53,269 nucleotides of DNA from positions 1 through 53,269 of the forward strand of contig CAZNOE010000002.1 of assembly GCA_964574525.1 (NCBI GenBank), in the 5' to 3' direction. Source of the stretch: an uncultured Bifidobacteriaceae bacterium (GTDB lineage: Bacteria; Verrucomicrobiota; Verrucomicrobiia; Limisphaerales; JADLHS01). Under the pieces are notes generated by a model that was not told the DNA's origin, did not search any database, and worked only from the letters and a program-made list of their open reading frames with translations. The translations under genes and the position numbers were made by a program. Shown in pieces: positions 10,072-18,774 of the stretch. Numbering within the stretch: position 1 is the first letter of the stretch; every line of letters begins with the position of its first letter.

Positions 10072-11055
10072 TCATTGCTTCACACGATAGAACTGCGCGG
10101 GGTTGGTGGTAGGTTGCAAGTAAGGACTGACCGCACCGGAGGCATCGCTCCAAGGACCCAAGACGTTGGTCGCAGTCTGGAGCGTGCCGCCGCCAGCCCA
10201 CTGAAGTTGGATTTGTCCACCCGACTGGATTGAGGACTCTAACGATGTCCGGATCGTGACGGAAACCACCGCCGAAACTCCCGTGGCACCCACATTGTCG
10301 GTGGCCATCGCCGTCAGGTTGTGACGTCCAGCCGGCGCATTGGTCCAAGTGAAACCAAATGTCGGCGCGTTCGTGGACTCGCCGATTTTCGTCGTGCCCG
10401 CGACAAAGTATTCGACCTTCACAACGATTCCGTCCGGATCGCTCGCGTTAGACGCAATCGGAATGTTCGCTCCTCCGACAAACACTGCTTCGGCAACAGG
10501 CTGGGTGATGCTCACGGTGGGACTAATCGGCGCGATGTTGGTTACGCTTAGATTGTCGAAGTAGTAAAACTCGTCATTGGCGGTAACCGAGGTTCGAACG
10601 ACCACCTGGAGGTTCGTTCCTGTAATACCGTTTTGTGTCCAGTTCGTCGCTGGTAGCAGACCAATGACCTGACGCAAGGGTGTTTCCCGACCACCATTGG
10701 TCTTTATGTAAAATCGCACATAGTCAGAGGCATCCAAACCGCCAGCGCCCTGCACTCCGAGTGAGAGGTTCACCGTGCGACCCGAAATATCAATGACACC
10801 CGTCGTGAACACGCCCTCGCCGCCACTACCATTGACTTCCAATCTGTCGCCTGAGACGCGGAAAGTTCCTCCGCGCGTCGCAGTCCAGGAAGCAGGCCAT
10901 GCTTGGCTGGTGGTGCCCGTAGCCAGACCGTTGAAATTAACGATCCAGGGGAGCGGTTCGCCGAACGAGACTCTGTAGTTCGCTATCACGTTCTTGTCTC
11001 CAGCCTGCTGAGTTTTGATCGGAGCGCCATCGGCTGCCCGGCGATCGGGACGCAT
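10072..11055 (-). CDS. Stand-alone CBM-like beta-sandwich + Ig-like domain + shared C-terminal '...FYRVKQ' module; no recognisable signal peptide (possibly a truncated module)
   Basis: 327-aa ORF starting at ATG 11055. ...DEFYYFDNLSVTNI resembles the end of a carbohydrate-binding module. SDPDGIVVKVEYF...WTNAPAGRHNLTAMATDNVGATG is Ig-like. The last ~54 aa are near-identical in pattern to the C-terminus of 11111..14179. The N-terminus MRPDRRAADGAPIKTQQ is not signal-like. Confidence 0.6.
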   Translation of the reverse strand: MRPDRRAADGAPIKTQQAGDKNVIANYRVSFGEPLPWIVNFNGLATGTTSQAWPASWTATRGGTFRVSGDRLEVNGSGGEGVFTTGVIDISGRTVNLSLGVQGAGGLDASDYVRFYIKTNGGRETPLRQVIGLLPATNWTQNGITGTNLQVVVRTSVTANDEFYYFDNLSVTNIAPISPTVSITQPVAEAVFVGGANIPIASNASDPDGIVVKVEYFVAGTTKIGESTNAPTFGFTWTNAPAGRHNLTAMATDNVGATGVSAVVSVTIRTSLESSIQSGGQIQLQWAGGGTLQTATNVLGPWSDASGAVSPYLQPTTNPAQFYRVKQ

Positions 11056-11110
11056 TCGGTGTCTTTTGTGTGCACGTAGAGTTTCGCTGATTTCATCCAG
11101 ACCGCTTGCT

Positions 11111-14100
11111 TCATTGTTTCACGCGAAAGAACTGCGCGGGGTTGGTGGTGGGTTGCAGGCGAGGACTGACTGCACCCGGAACCTCGCTCCAAGGCCCTGA
11201 CACGTTGGTCGTAGTTTGGAGCGTGCCACCCACCCATTCGAGTCTCAGTTGTCCCCCTTGGAGTACCGGCGGCTGAACCCAGCTCGGCGGGGCGGCGACC
11301 TGACCGACCGCCCAACTAACGGCCGCATCGAACAGCTTCAATCCGTCGGCGTTCAACGAGGCAAACGTGTTGTTTTGCAGAAACAGGTGGACACGCTGCG
11401 CGGGAGCGGTGCCAGCAGTCATCGCCGCCCCGGTTTCATAGGCGTAAAGGCAGGGATGACTGCTGCCATCATTCAGGCGGGCGATGGTGATCGGACTGCC
11501 GCCGGGTTCACCCCAGGAAAAATCGCCGGCCACGGTGGCCACCGTTCGAGTCCCGGCAGCCAGACCCGCAGCCAGGGGGTGACCAACGTTGGTGATGATC
11601 AGATTCCTCTGGGAAGCGGTGAAATAGCGGGCGGTGTTCGCGTCGCCGGTGAACCCGTAGTCGTCCTCCAATCCATACTCCCAGTTGATGACCGGCACGG
11701 CGACGTCGCGGAATTTCGTGTTCACCTGCGCGGAACTCACCGTGGCGGAGGTGAGGATCACGGCCTTGCCGGTGGCATCCGCTGTAGAGGCCAGATCGTC
11801 ACTGACGACCTGAACGGTGAACCCGTAGTTCTGGAGCCGGTTGCGGATGGCGGTGTCTGACGCTCCCAGGCTGGCGGCATCGCCCACGACGAGCAGCACG
11901 CTGTTGCTGCCCGGGGTATTAGTGATGACGGTCAGCGGCGCCGGGATGTCGGCGTTTACCCGGGTTTGAATGCCAGCAATGTCCACGACGGTCAGGCCCA
12001 TGCGGGTCAAGACCTGCTGGACATATTGGGTGGACCACAGGGCGGAATACTGACTCCAATGATTGGAGGCGGTAATCAAATGCGTGCGCGCGTTGGCGTG
12101 GTGGTTGGTCAGACCGGTGCTCTGATAGCGATAGAGGTCCACCGCCCCGCGAATTTTCTCCGCGTAATAACGCCCGAGCCAGCCCATCGCATTGATGTCG
12201 CCCAAGGTCAGGCGCAGTTCCTTGTTGGTACCCAGGCTCAAGGCCTGGACGCTCGCCAGGCCGTTGTCCGCGTATTGCTGCAACAGATCGGCGACCTGCT
12301 CGGGATTGAGTCTGCCGTTCGCGGCGTCGCCATTCACGTATTGCTTCACCGACATCAGCAAGGGGCGGTCACCATCCTCGCCCGACTGCATGGGATCCCA
12401 CTGCGGGTCAATAAAGCTCTGCACTGTTTTGAATCCAGAACTCGACCAGCACGCTTCGGGATACCATTGGAAATCCAGCGCGCCCCAGTAGAACCGGGTG
12501 AGCAACGGCAGAATCTTCGAGACGGATGCCCAGCCCTGGAAAAGGTTGCTGCTCGTGACTTCCGGGAATCGCTCACCCACAATCGCCTCGAAGCGGCTGT
12601 TGGGAATTGCCGGATCATAGGCCAGCCGGCCGTAGAGCAAAAAGGAATACCACATCTTCTCGATGACGAGCTGGCGGGGCGACTCGGGTTCCGTACTGAG
12701 GTATTCGCGGCCCCAGGTGTAGCCGTCCGGGCCCATGTAGAATCCGGCGATCTTCGAGAGGGTGGGGAGATTCGTCATATAGGCTCGGGCAAAGTCTGGA
12801 TCGCCCCAGCGCAGATAATACATGTCGTCGTTGCGGACGGTCAGGAAGACTCTCTTCCCGGCCGGGATCGTGTTGAACCAGTTGTTCTGGTAAATGAACT
12901 GCGGCTTTGTGGACGAATGCATGTGCGCCTGGGAATACTTGAAACTGAACGCGAGGGTGGAATCCGGATTGGTGGAACCGGACAGCGGCTGGAAATAGTT
13001 GATGATCTCGTTGAGATCCGCCTGATGCGCGCGATGGACCAGGCGGATGACCCGACCGGGCGCATGGTAAGGACTGGCCGCGTTCTGGGCGTCCGCCATC
13101 GCGTCGGAAACGCCCAAGCCGTAGGTATCCCACGCCCACTGTTCCTCTGCCGCGTTGCTGATCCCGCCCATGTTCTCGCCGGTCGTAATCCCAACGCCCG
13201 CCAGCAGCGGGTAGGTATTGAACAGGGCGCGCACGGATTTCCGGAAATAGTCCTTCGTGGTCACGTTTGAAGGGTCAACGGTGATGCCGTAACCGCTCGG
13301 CTCCGTGCCATAGACGAAGATATTCCAGGTGAACACGTAGAGATGGATGCCGCGATCCTTGGCGTACTGCATCACCCACCGCCAAAACGCGATCTTCTCG
13401 TCCATGGTCATCGTCTTCAACGTCGTCAACGTCCATGACGGATTATACATTCCCGTGCCGGTGCCGGAGGCATCCCACAAGGCTCCCGATTTCTGCTTCA
13501 CATCCGCCAGCGCCACGTTGGGATACTCAGGCACGCGCACGAGCGAGGGAAACGGGTGAAGACTCCACAGCGAAAGCAAATTGTAGCGATGCCGGGCCAT
13601 GTTATCAAGGAAGCCGGTCCAGAAATTGGTTTCCCACATGTTGGCGATGTTGGCCTGCGCGGAACTCGAATCGTCCGAGTAACTGGGGCTGCGCGCGTCC
13701 AGCGGGATGTTGAACTTGATGCCGCGGTTGGCGAGATGCGGATTGGTCTGGCGATTGGTCACGCCGGCCAAGCCGTCTGCCAACTTCACCGCCTCCGCCA
13801 ATTCAAGGCCGCCATACATCGCTCCGGGAGCATCCTGGCCAATGACCCACCAGTTGGTCGCCGCACCGTCCACCACCCGTTGGATCGCGTAACCTTGGTT
13901 GGTAATCCCCGCGATGGTCGGCATGCCCGGCACGCTGGCATCCGAGGTGGTCAGGATGATGCGCACCGATTGCGTGGCCCCGGACGGATCGCTGAGTGGC
14001 AGGTCAGTCACCGAATGGCCGGTCTGCACCAGCGCCGCCTTCAGATCGCCTCCGGCGAAACTGATGGTGCGAACGCCGGAATCATATATCAAGGCAGCGG

Positions 14101-14179
14101 GCGTTTGCGCTTGCGCCACGGTGCTGCCCACGATTCCGGCCAGCAGCACCGCCGTTGCTTTCAACTTGGAGCCAATCAT
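11111..14179 (-). CDS. Secreted glycosidase-like family protein, paralog 5, extended by an unassigned alpha/beta domain (11306-11902) and the C-terminal '...FFRVKQ' module (11114-11305)
   Basis: The ORF-track start at 14197 is TTG; the first ATG is 14179 (MIGSKLKATAVLLAGIVGSTVAQA signal). The first ~740 aa are collinear with 37180..39480 and show high identity by eye. The extra ~280 aa begin at ...SVLLVVGDAASLG. Confidence 0.88.
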   Translation of the reverse strand: MIGSKLKATAVLLAGIVGSTVAQAQTPAALIYDSGVRTISFAGGDLKAALVQTGHSVTDLPLSDPSGATQSVRIILTTSDASVPGMPTIAGITNQGYAIQRVVDGAATNWWVIGQDAPGAMYGGLELAEAVKLADGLAGVTNRQTNPHLANRGIKFNIPLDARSPSYSDDSSSAQANIANMWETNFWTGFLDNMARHRYNLLSLWSLHPFPSLVRVPEYPNVALADVKQKSGALWDASGTGTGMYNPSWTLTTLKTMTMDEKIAFWRWVMQYAKDRGIHLYVFTWNIFVYGTEPSGYGITVDPSNVTTKDYFRKSVRALFNTYPLLAGVGITTGENMGGISNAAEEQWAWDTYGLGVSDAMADAQNAASPYHAPGRVIRLVHRAHQADLNEIINYFQPLSGSTNPDSTLAFSFKYSQAHMHSSTKPQFIYQNNWFNTIPAGKRVFLTVRNDDMYYLRWGDPDFARAYMTNLPTLSKIAGFYMGPDGYTWGREYLSTEPESPRQLVIEKMWYSFLLYGRLAYDPAIPNSRFEAIVGERFPEVTSSNLFQGWASVSKILPLLTRFYWGALDFQWYPEACWSSSGFKTVQSFIDPQWDPMQSGEDGDRPLLMSVKQYVNGDAANGRLNPEQVADLLQQYADNGLASVQALSLGTNKELRLTLGDINAMGWLGRYYAEKIRGAVDLYRYQSTGLTNHHANARTHLITASNHWSQYSALWSTQYVQQVLTRMGLTVVDIAGIQTRVNADIPAPLTVITNTPGSNSVLLVVGDAASLGASDTAIRNRLQNYGFTVQVVSDDLASTADATGKAVILTSATVSSAQVNTKFRDVAVPVINWEYGLEDDYGFTGDANTARYFTASQRNLIITNVGHPLAAGLAAGTRTVATVAGDFSWGEPGGSPITIARLNDGSSHPCLYAYETGAAMTAGTAPAQRVHLFLQNNTFASLNADGLKLFDAAVSWAVGQVAAPPSWVQPPVLQGGQLRLEWVGGTLQTTTNVSGPWSEVPGAVSPRLQPTTNPAQFFRVKQ

Positions 14180-14260
14180 GTGTGCACTTTTCGACAACCG
14201 TATCTCTTGCCCTTCCTTGCATGGCCTCCGTTCGCGCAGAAGGCATCGTCTTATTGCAAA

Positions 14261-14295
14261 CCGGGGCTTCCCGGATGTGTTCCGAAAAGCCCCGG
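14261..14295 (-). terminator. Terminator-like hairpin downstream of 14325..17306
   Basis: 9-bp GC-rich stem, ccggggctt (14261-69) pairing with aagccccgg (14287-95). On the minus strand it lies 30 nt after the stop and is followed by TTTGCAATAA, a weak U-tract. Confidence 0.4.
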
Positions 14296-14324
14296 CGTGA
14301 TTTGAATCCAGTCCCGGACGCTGC

Positions 14325-17306
14325 CTACTGCTTGACCCTGTAGTAGCGCTGCGGGTCAGTCGTGTTCACCGTCTGGGGATTGGCCTGACTGGGAGCGTTG
14401 ACCCATGTCGTGGGCGGCGTAAGATCGGTGGTCGTCACCAGCGTGCCGTCGCCGGTCCAACTAAGGGTCAACTGGCCGGCGCCCGGCCCTTTCGCCCCGG
14501 TGAGTACCGGTGGCAGCAGCCACTCAATCGCAGTGTCGAAGAACTTCATTCCATCGGCGTTTAAGAATGTCGCGCTACTGTTATCCACCAAGCCAAAGAA
14601 GACCTTGCGCGAAGCATGAGTAACCGGCGTGATGCCGCCATTAAAAAGAGTCGAAGTGACCTCGAAGCCGTTCGTCACACCGACCAGCGCTGGATTGGGA
14701 GCATTGGTGAAGTAGCCTGCCATGATCGTCCCAGGAGCGGCAGAACAGCTCATCCCTCCCCCGCCGCCAGTGTGCGTGACAACCACCTGGCCGTTGGCGA
14801 ACCCCGCATGCAGAAAAGCCGGTCCGTTGCTAAGGGCAATATGGGTGGTGCCTCCTACTGCTGGACCAGTACTTCCCGTGGTAAATGCCCAGTCATCCCC
14901 ATTGGCTTGTTCCCAAGTCATGACCGGGACGGTGATGTTACTCAAAATGCAACTCCTCGCCCACGGCGCTACGGTGCCCCCGGCCACGAGGGACGAAACG
15001 ACGATCAGCGCCTTGTTGGTCGTGAGGGGCAGCCCGCTGGTGATGTCGGCAGCGAGAGCCGACTGAGCCACAACTATCACATCGAGCCCGAACTTGGTGG
15101 CCAGCCGGTTGACCAGCGGCACGTCACCACCTGATGCAGGAGACCCAGCGGTGATAAAGAGCGCCTGGCGACCCGACCGGACTGTATATGCCCATTGGCC
15201 GGTGAGTCCGCCGTAATTGATCTCGCAATTCACCGTGCCGGAGAGGGCCGTCGGCGGGGTATAGGTCAACGTGACCTCGTTGCCGTTGGTGACCGCCGTG
15301 GTGGCAACCGTGGCATTGTTCACCTTCAGCACGGGTGTGATGTTGGTGGCGTTGGCCAGCACGACACTAATGGGCGTGAGCGGCGGCACCCCCGACGCAT
15401 CCTTCACGGGTGAGACGCTCTTGACATACGACCGGGTGGGCACGGTCAGCGCCCGGTAGGATTTCACGGCGGTGGCATTCGTGCCATTGATCAGCAAATG
15501 AGCCGCATTGGCTGGATCAAGACTAAACCATTCCAAGTCATCGGCCACGGTGTCCCGGTACAGCCTGTAGATCACCCGGAACGAATAGAGACCATTGGTT
15601 TGCACATACACCGACGTGATCGAATCGGTAGCGTTGCGAACGGCTTCGTTTTTGATCAATTCCTGACGGAATAGGTCACTGGCGTTATTGGGACTGATGG
15701 CCAGTTGGAAGCCGTCGTTGACGTAGACCCCGATCTGCTGGAGGCCCGCAGGCAACTCCAAGAAGGCGACCAGCTCGACCGCAAGTTCACCCGAATTGAT
15801 ATAGCTGGTAAAGGTGTTATCAATGCTGCCCGGCAGGCCGGGGAACAACACGTCTAGCTGGCCGTTGGCCGAGTTAAAGTTACCAGTGTCCGTAACCGCA
15901 GTACCGCTAATGGAATAGTTGACGACATTCGTCTCCGTGAAGGTGCGGGCGCTCCCCGGGCCACCTCCGGCGTCAGCCGGTGTTGTGCCTGGCCATCCCG
16001 CACCAATGATGGGGTCGCCGTTGGTGACCACGGTGTTGAGGTAAGGCAGCCCCGTCCCACCGTCTATCAACAGGCCCTCGATCTGGTTATTGCCGTACAG
16101 GATTGTGGGTGTTCCATTGGCCGCATCTCGGGTTTGGTGAATGCGACCCGCGAACCCCCGCTTGGTGGCATCGCCCGACCCTGCTGGGTAGGCCCAAGTG
16201 GCCGGAATGACCGTGAAGGTCCCGACCGTGAAAGTCCACTGGTTGGACAGCACGTTGCCGAGACTGTCCTGCGCCACCACCCGGTTGGTATGAACCGACA
16301 GGTTGGTTAGCAAGCCCGGCACGGTGTAGGAAACGTAGGTCACGCTTCCGGTCTTGGTGATGGTCGGGGAAACCACGGCACCGTCAAAGTTTAAGGTGAT
16401 CGTGTTGGTGGCCACCGTGGTCGTAGCTCCGTCAGTTAACTGCACCCCCAAGGTCGGTTGCGGGGTTACGCCCGTTTCCCCGGGCACTGGTGACAATTGG
16501 CTGACATACGCCAGAGCGGGTGTCGGTATGGGCAACACCGCGGGCTGATAGGCGGTCAATACGACCCCGCCGCTTGGGCTTGGGTCGTTAATCAAGTTAG
16601 TATAGGTGCCATCCGTCGAGTAAAACTGCAGGCCACCCACTTGGTCACCGCCTTGTCCGAAAACGATGCGAACCGGGTAAACCCCAGCGCTTTGCACGTC
16701 TAAGCTGAAGGTGCTCGGGGCGAATCCCCGTGAACCGTCAAATGCGAAAGGTGAAGCCGCCGCGAGTGAATAGGGATTGTCGCCGGCGCCAATGTAAATC
16801 TTGTAGGCATCACCGCAACCGACCTTCAAAATGTTAGGGCCCGATGGCAAATTGAGATACGTTATGATCTCGTAGGCTATTGTGGTGAAACCAAGGGTGA
16901 AGTTTGTGTCGACGTTAACCCCCGGGAAGGGCAAGGCGGGAGCGGTAAAGTAGAACCAGTCCTGATCACCCTGGGCAGGAAACCCGGGATAATGCGTGTG
17001 GTTCAAATACAGTTCGGACCATAGGCCACCCGTCAGCGGTCCGCTAGTGGCCTGATTGGCCCCAAATCCCCCGGACAACTGCTTTTGAATGTTTGCAAGG
17101 CTGTTTTGATCTCCGGGGGTCCGGGTTGCAAAAATCTGGTGCGCCCGCAGCACCATGCCGGTGCTGGAGGTGTTATACGCGCCCGGCGGTGCCTTGAGGT
17201 CTGGGGTGATTACGGTTTGCGCTGAGACGGACGCCGCAGCGGCGATGGCCAAGACCGACAGCGTCAAATGCGCAGTACGGCGGATTGGTTGGAGGTGGGT
17301 TTTCAT
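14325..17306 (-). CDS. Large secreted modular protein: 2 x (PA14-like lectin-type beta-sandwich + Ig-like domain) + unassigned alpha/beta domain (14517-15167) + C-terminal '...YYRVKQ' module (14328-14516)
   Basis: 993-aa ORF with signal peptide ...LSVLAIAAAASVSAQ. There is an internal two-fold repeat (AYEIITYLNLPSGPNILKVGCGDAYKIYIG / AVELVAFLELPAGLQQIGVYVNDGFQLAIS; GVYPVRIVFGQGGDQVGGLQFYS / GLYSFRVIYRLYRDTVADDLEWFS). The C-terminal 280 aa parallel those of 11111..14179. The PA14-like assignment is by pattern only. Confidence 0.8.
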   Translation of the reverse strand: MKTHLQPIRRTAHLTLSVLAIAAAASVSAQTVITPDLKAPPGAYNTSSTGMVLRAHQIFATRTPGDQNSLANIQKQLSGGFGANQATSGPLTGGLWSELYLNHTHYPGFPAQGDQDWFYFTAPALPFPGVNVDTNFTLGFTTIAYEIITYLNLPSGPNILKVGCGDAYKIYIGAGDNPYSLAAASPFAFDGSRGFAPSTFSLDVQSAGVYPVRIVFGQGGDQVGGLQFYSTDGTYTNLINDPSPSGGVVLTAYQPAVLPIPTPALAYVSQLSPVPGETGVTPQPTLGVQLTDGATTTVATNTITLNFDGAVVSPTITKTGSVTYVSYTVPGLLTNLSVHTNRVVAQDSLGNVLSNQWTFTVGTFTVIPATWAYPAGSGDATKRGFAGRIHQTRDAANGTPTILYGNNQIEGLLIDGGTGLPYLNTVVTNGDPIIGAGWPGTTPADAGGGPGSARTFTETNVVNYSISGTAVTDTGNFNSANGQLDVLFPGLPGSIDNTFTSYINSGELAVELVAFLELPAGLQQIGVYVNDGFQLAISPNNASDLFRQELIKNEAVRNATDSITSVYVQTNGLYSFRVIYRLYRDTVADDLEWFSLDPANAAHLLINGTNATAVKSYRALTVPTRSYVKSVSPVKDASGVPPLTPISVVLANATNITPVLKVNNATVATTAVTNGNEVTLTYTPPTALSGTVNCEINYGGLTGQWAYTVRSGRQALFITAGSPASGGDVPLVNRLATKFGLDVIVVAQSALAADITSGLPLTTNKALIVVSSLVAGGTVAPWARSCILSNITVPVMTWEQANGDDWAFTTGSTGPAVGGTTHIALSNGPAFLHAGFANGQVVVTHTGGGGGMSCSAAPGTIMAGYFTNAPNPALVGVTNGFEVTSTLFNGGITPVTHASRKVFFGLVDNSSATFLNADGMKFFDTAIEWLLPPVLTGAKGPGAGQLTLSWTGDGTLVTTTDLTPPTTWVNAPSQANPQTVNTTDPQRYYRVKQ

Positions 17307-17435
17307 AAGCTTTGCATCCGTGGGATGCTAGGGTCTGCCTGTTGACTTTTATGATGGCGTTCCTGAACTTTCGGCTTTGTTGCTTGGGTTGGTGTTTGAA
17401 TCTGCTTGGGAAAATCTGGGCTGCTGTTCAGCCGG

Positions 17436-18212
17436 CTACAGACGGGGCGAGTACGGGCTGAAGAGCCAGAATGGTACACCCTTCGTACCCTCCGCCTTCA
17501 GTTTCCGGCTCTCCACATGAGTGTCGAAAAACAGAACGTTTACCTGCCCGTTGTGACGTTTCTCGTTCGCGTGCATCATCCGCGCCGAAGACACTGGGTT
17601 GGCCTGATTCAGGATATTGAAGGTGGTGGTTTGCGGGGTCCAAATGTTCCAATTCACATACGATTTACCTTTCGCCCACGTCTCGTTAATCTCGGTAATG
17701 TAACCCACCTCGACCGGCCGGGGAATGCTGGCCAGCTTGTGATAGAGCGTTTCCGGGAAGGACTGGGGCAGGGGTTGGCTCGCCGGGATGTCCAAGTCGT
17801 TGATGATGTAATGCAGCGGCTTGACATCATTAGTAGAAGATCTGACAGCAGGGCATTGGAAGAACTTGTAGCCTGCAAAATAATTATCCAACTTGGTCTC
17901 GTCGGTCGCGTCAGCCCCCTCGAATTGCTTTCCCCCAACATACGGCGCCAGCATGTTCGCCCACATGTTGCCTGTACTGAAGTAGTCGCCAGGAACATAG
18001 TCTTTGTAGTCGTTGGCATAAAGTTGCGCGGCGATGCCATACTGCTTGAGGGTATTGAGGCACTGAATCCTCTGCGCCTTCTCCTTGGCCCTGGCCAACG
18101 CGGGCAGGAGCATGGCGGCGAGGATCGCAATGATGGCGATGACCACAAGCAATTCGATGAGCGTGAAACCGGGCCAGGCGCCCGGCATCGAGGAACGTGA
18201 GTTTCGTTTCAT
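17436..18212 (-). CDS. Prepilin-type N-terminal cleavage/methylation domain protein, DUF1559 / H-X9-DG class (variant H-X9-DT)
   Basis: N-terminus ...PG|[32 protein letters not shown]-terminal [17 protein letters not shown] has the H-X9-DG spacing, with T in place of G. Confidence 0.85.
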   Translation of the reverse strand: MKRNSRSSMPGAWPGFTLIELLVVIAIIAILAAMLLPALARAKEKAQRIQCLNTLKQYGIAAQLYANDYKDYVPGDYFSTGNMWANMLAPYVGGKQFEGADATDETKLDNYFAGYKFFQCPAVRSSTNDVKPLHYIINDLDIPASQPLPQSFPETLYHKLASIPRPVEVGYITEINETWAKGKSYVNWNIWTPQTTTFNILNQANPVSSARMMHANEKRHNGQVNVLFFDTHVESRKLKAEGTKGVPFWLFSPYSPRL

Positions 18213-18244
18213 TGGCTTATTGCGTAGTCAAGTTTGTGTCCTCC

Positions 18245-18439
18245 TCAGATGGTGTCCATGAGTTTTTCCGTTTTTTTCCTGTGATTTTTTGCGCCGTCTC
18301 CCCCGGACAGGCGACTCTTGGCCTTGGCCCAAGCCGGCAACAACATGGCGGGGAGAATCGCGATGATCGCGATAACCGCGAGCAATTCGATCAACGTGAA
18401 CGGACAAGAAGAAACCGAACTTTTCACATTCGTGCTCAT
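18245..18439 (-). pseudogene. Truncated prepilin-type/DUF1559 gene fragment (leader and hydrophobic helix only)
   Basis: 64-aa [45 protein letters not shown]. The nucleotide sequence aligns with the 5' ends of 17436..18212 and 18775..19527 up to AKAKS, followed by 21 unrelated residues and a stop. There is no H-X9-DG domain. Confidence 0.6.
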
Positions 18440-18690
18440 GAACCAGTTGCGCCGCAGGCGACACCACCACAGGATCGCTGCGGCAGACGACCGTTAAACT
18501 TCGACAGCAATGTGCCACAGGGGGGCGAGTTTTGATAGCTGCACAATGATGTAGGATTCCTCGTCTCTCCCATTTGGGGAAGCGAGAGGGACTCGGCGTC
18601 ACCGTTGGCGGGCACATGCTGAGCCGGAAAGGCTGCATGTCGGGCATCGAAGAATGGCCCTGACGTACGGGCGGGGAAGTCGTGATCGGA
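18440..18690 (-). promoter_or_regulatory. Conserved non-coding leader, copy A (upstream of the DUF1559 fragment/gene)
   Basis: Aligns with 19528-19790 along its whole length, with small indels that break every reading frame. Its 23-nt core ttgatagctgcacaatgatgtag (18532-18554) is identical to 19632-19654. A hairpin (18451-57 gccgcag / 18478-84 ctgcggc) lies 12 nt upstream of the ATG. Confidence 0.55.
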
Positions 18691-18774
18691 GTCGCCCAGG
18701 TCGGCCACTAAACGCTGGATGCCATTCGGGTTCATCATCGGATCGGATTTGCACGGTGTGGTGGTTAAGCAGGT

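Noticed and set aside
10986-11315. 109-aa ORF bridging the end of 11111-14179 and the start of 10072-11055, considered as a frameshifted N-terminus for the orphan module gene.
   Set aside because: Its sequence (MKSAKLYVHTKDTE...) provides no signal peptide or domain similarity, and most of it is antisense-frame overlap with the upstream gene's C-terminal module.
18511-18525. Sigma-54-like TGGCAC in the conserved leader (also 19613-19620 and 35143-35150 regions).
   Set aside because: The GG-to-GC spacing fits the -24/-12 rule only in the third copy. The other two lack a correctly spaced GC, so the element is not a consistent sigma-54 promoter.
18532-18560. Plus-strand sigma-70-like reading of the core (TTGATA-N14-TAGGAT / TAGTAT / TAGCCA).
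   Set aside because: The spacer is only 14 nt, and with a 17-nt spacer the -10 hexamers are not conserved. Transcription would also run antisense into neighbouring genes with no plus-strand target.
18228-18738. ORFs inside the repeated leaders (18436-18738, 18228-18647, upstream part of 18775-19731, 19734-20108) as possible small proteins.
   Set aside because: Alignment of copy A with copy B needs indels that switch reading frames (e.g. ...LHHCAAI... is in different frames relative to ...AQHVPA.GDAES...). The conservation is therefore at the nucleotide/RNA level.
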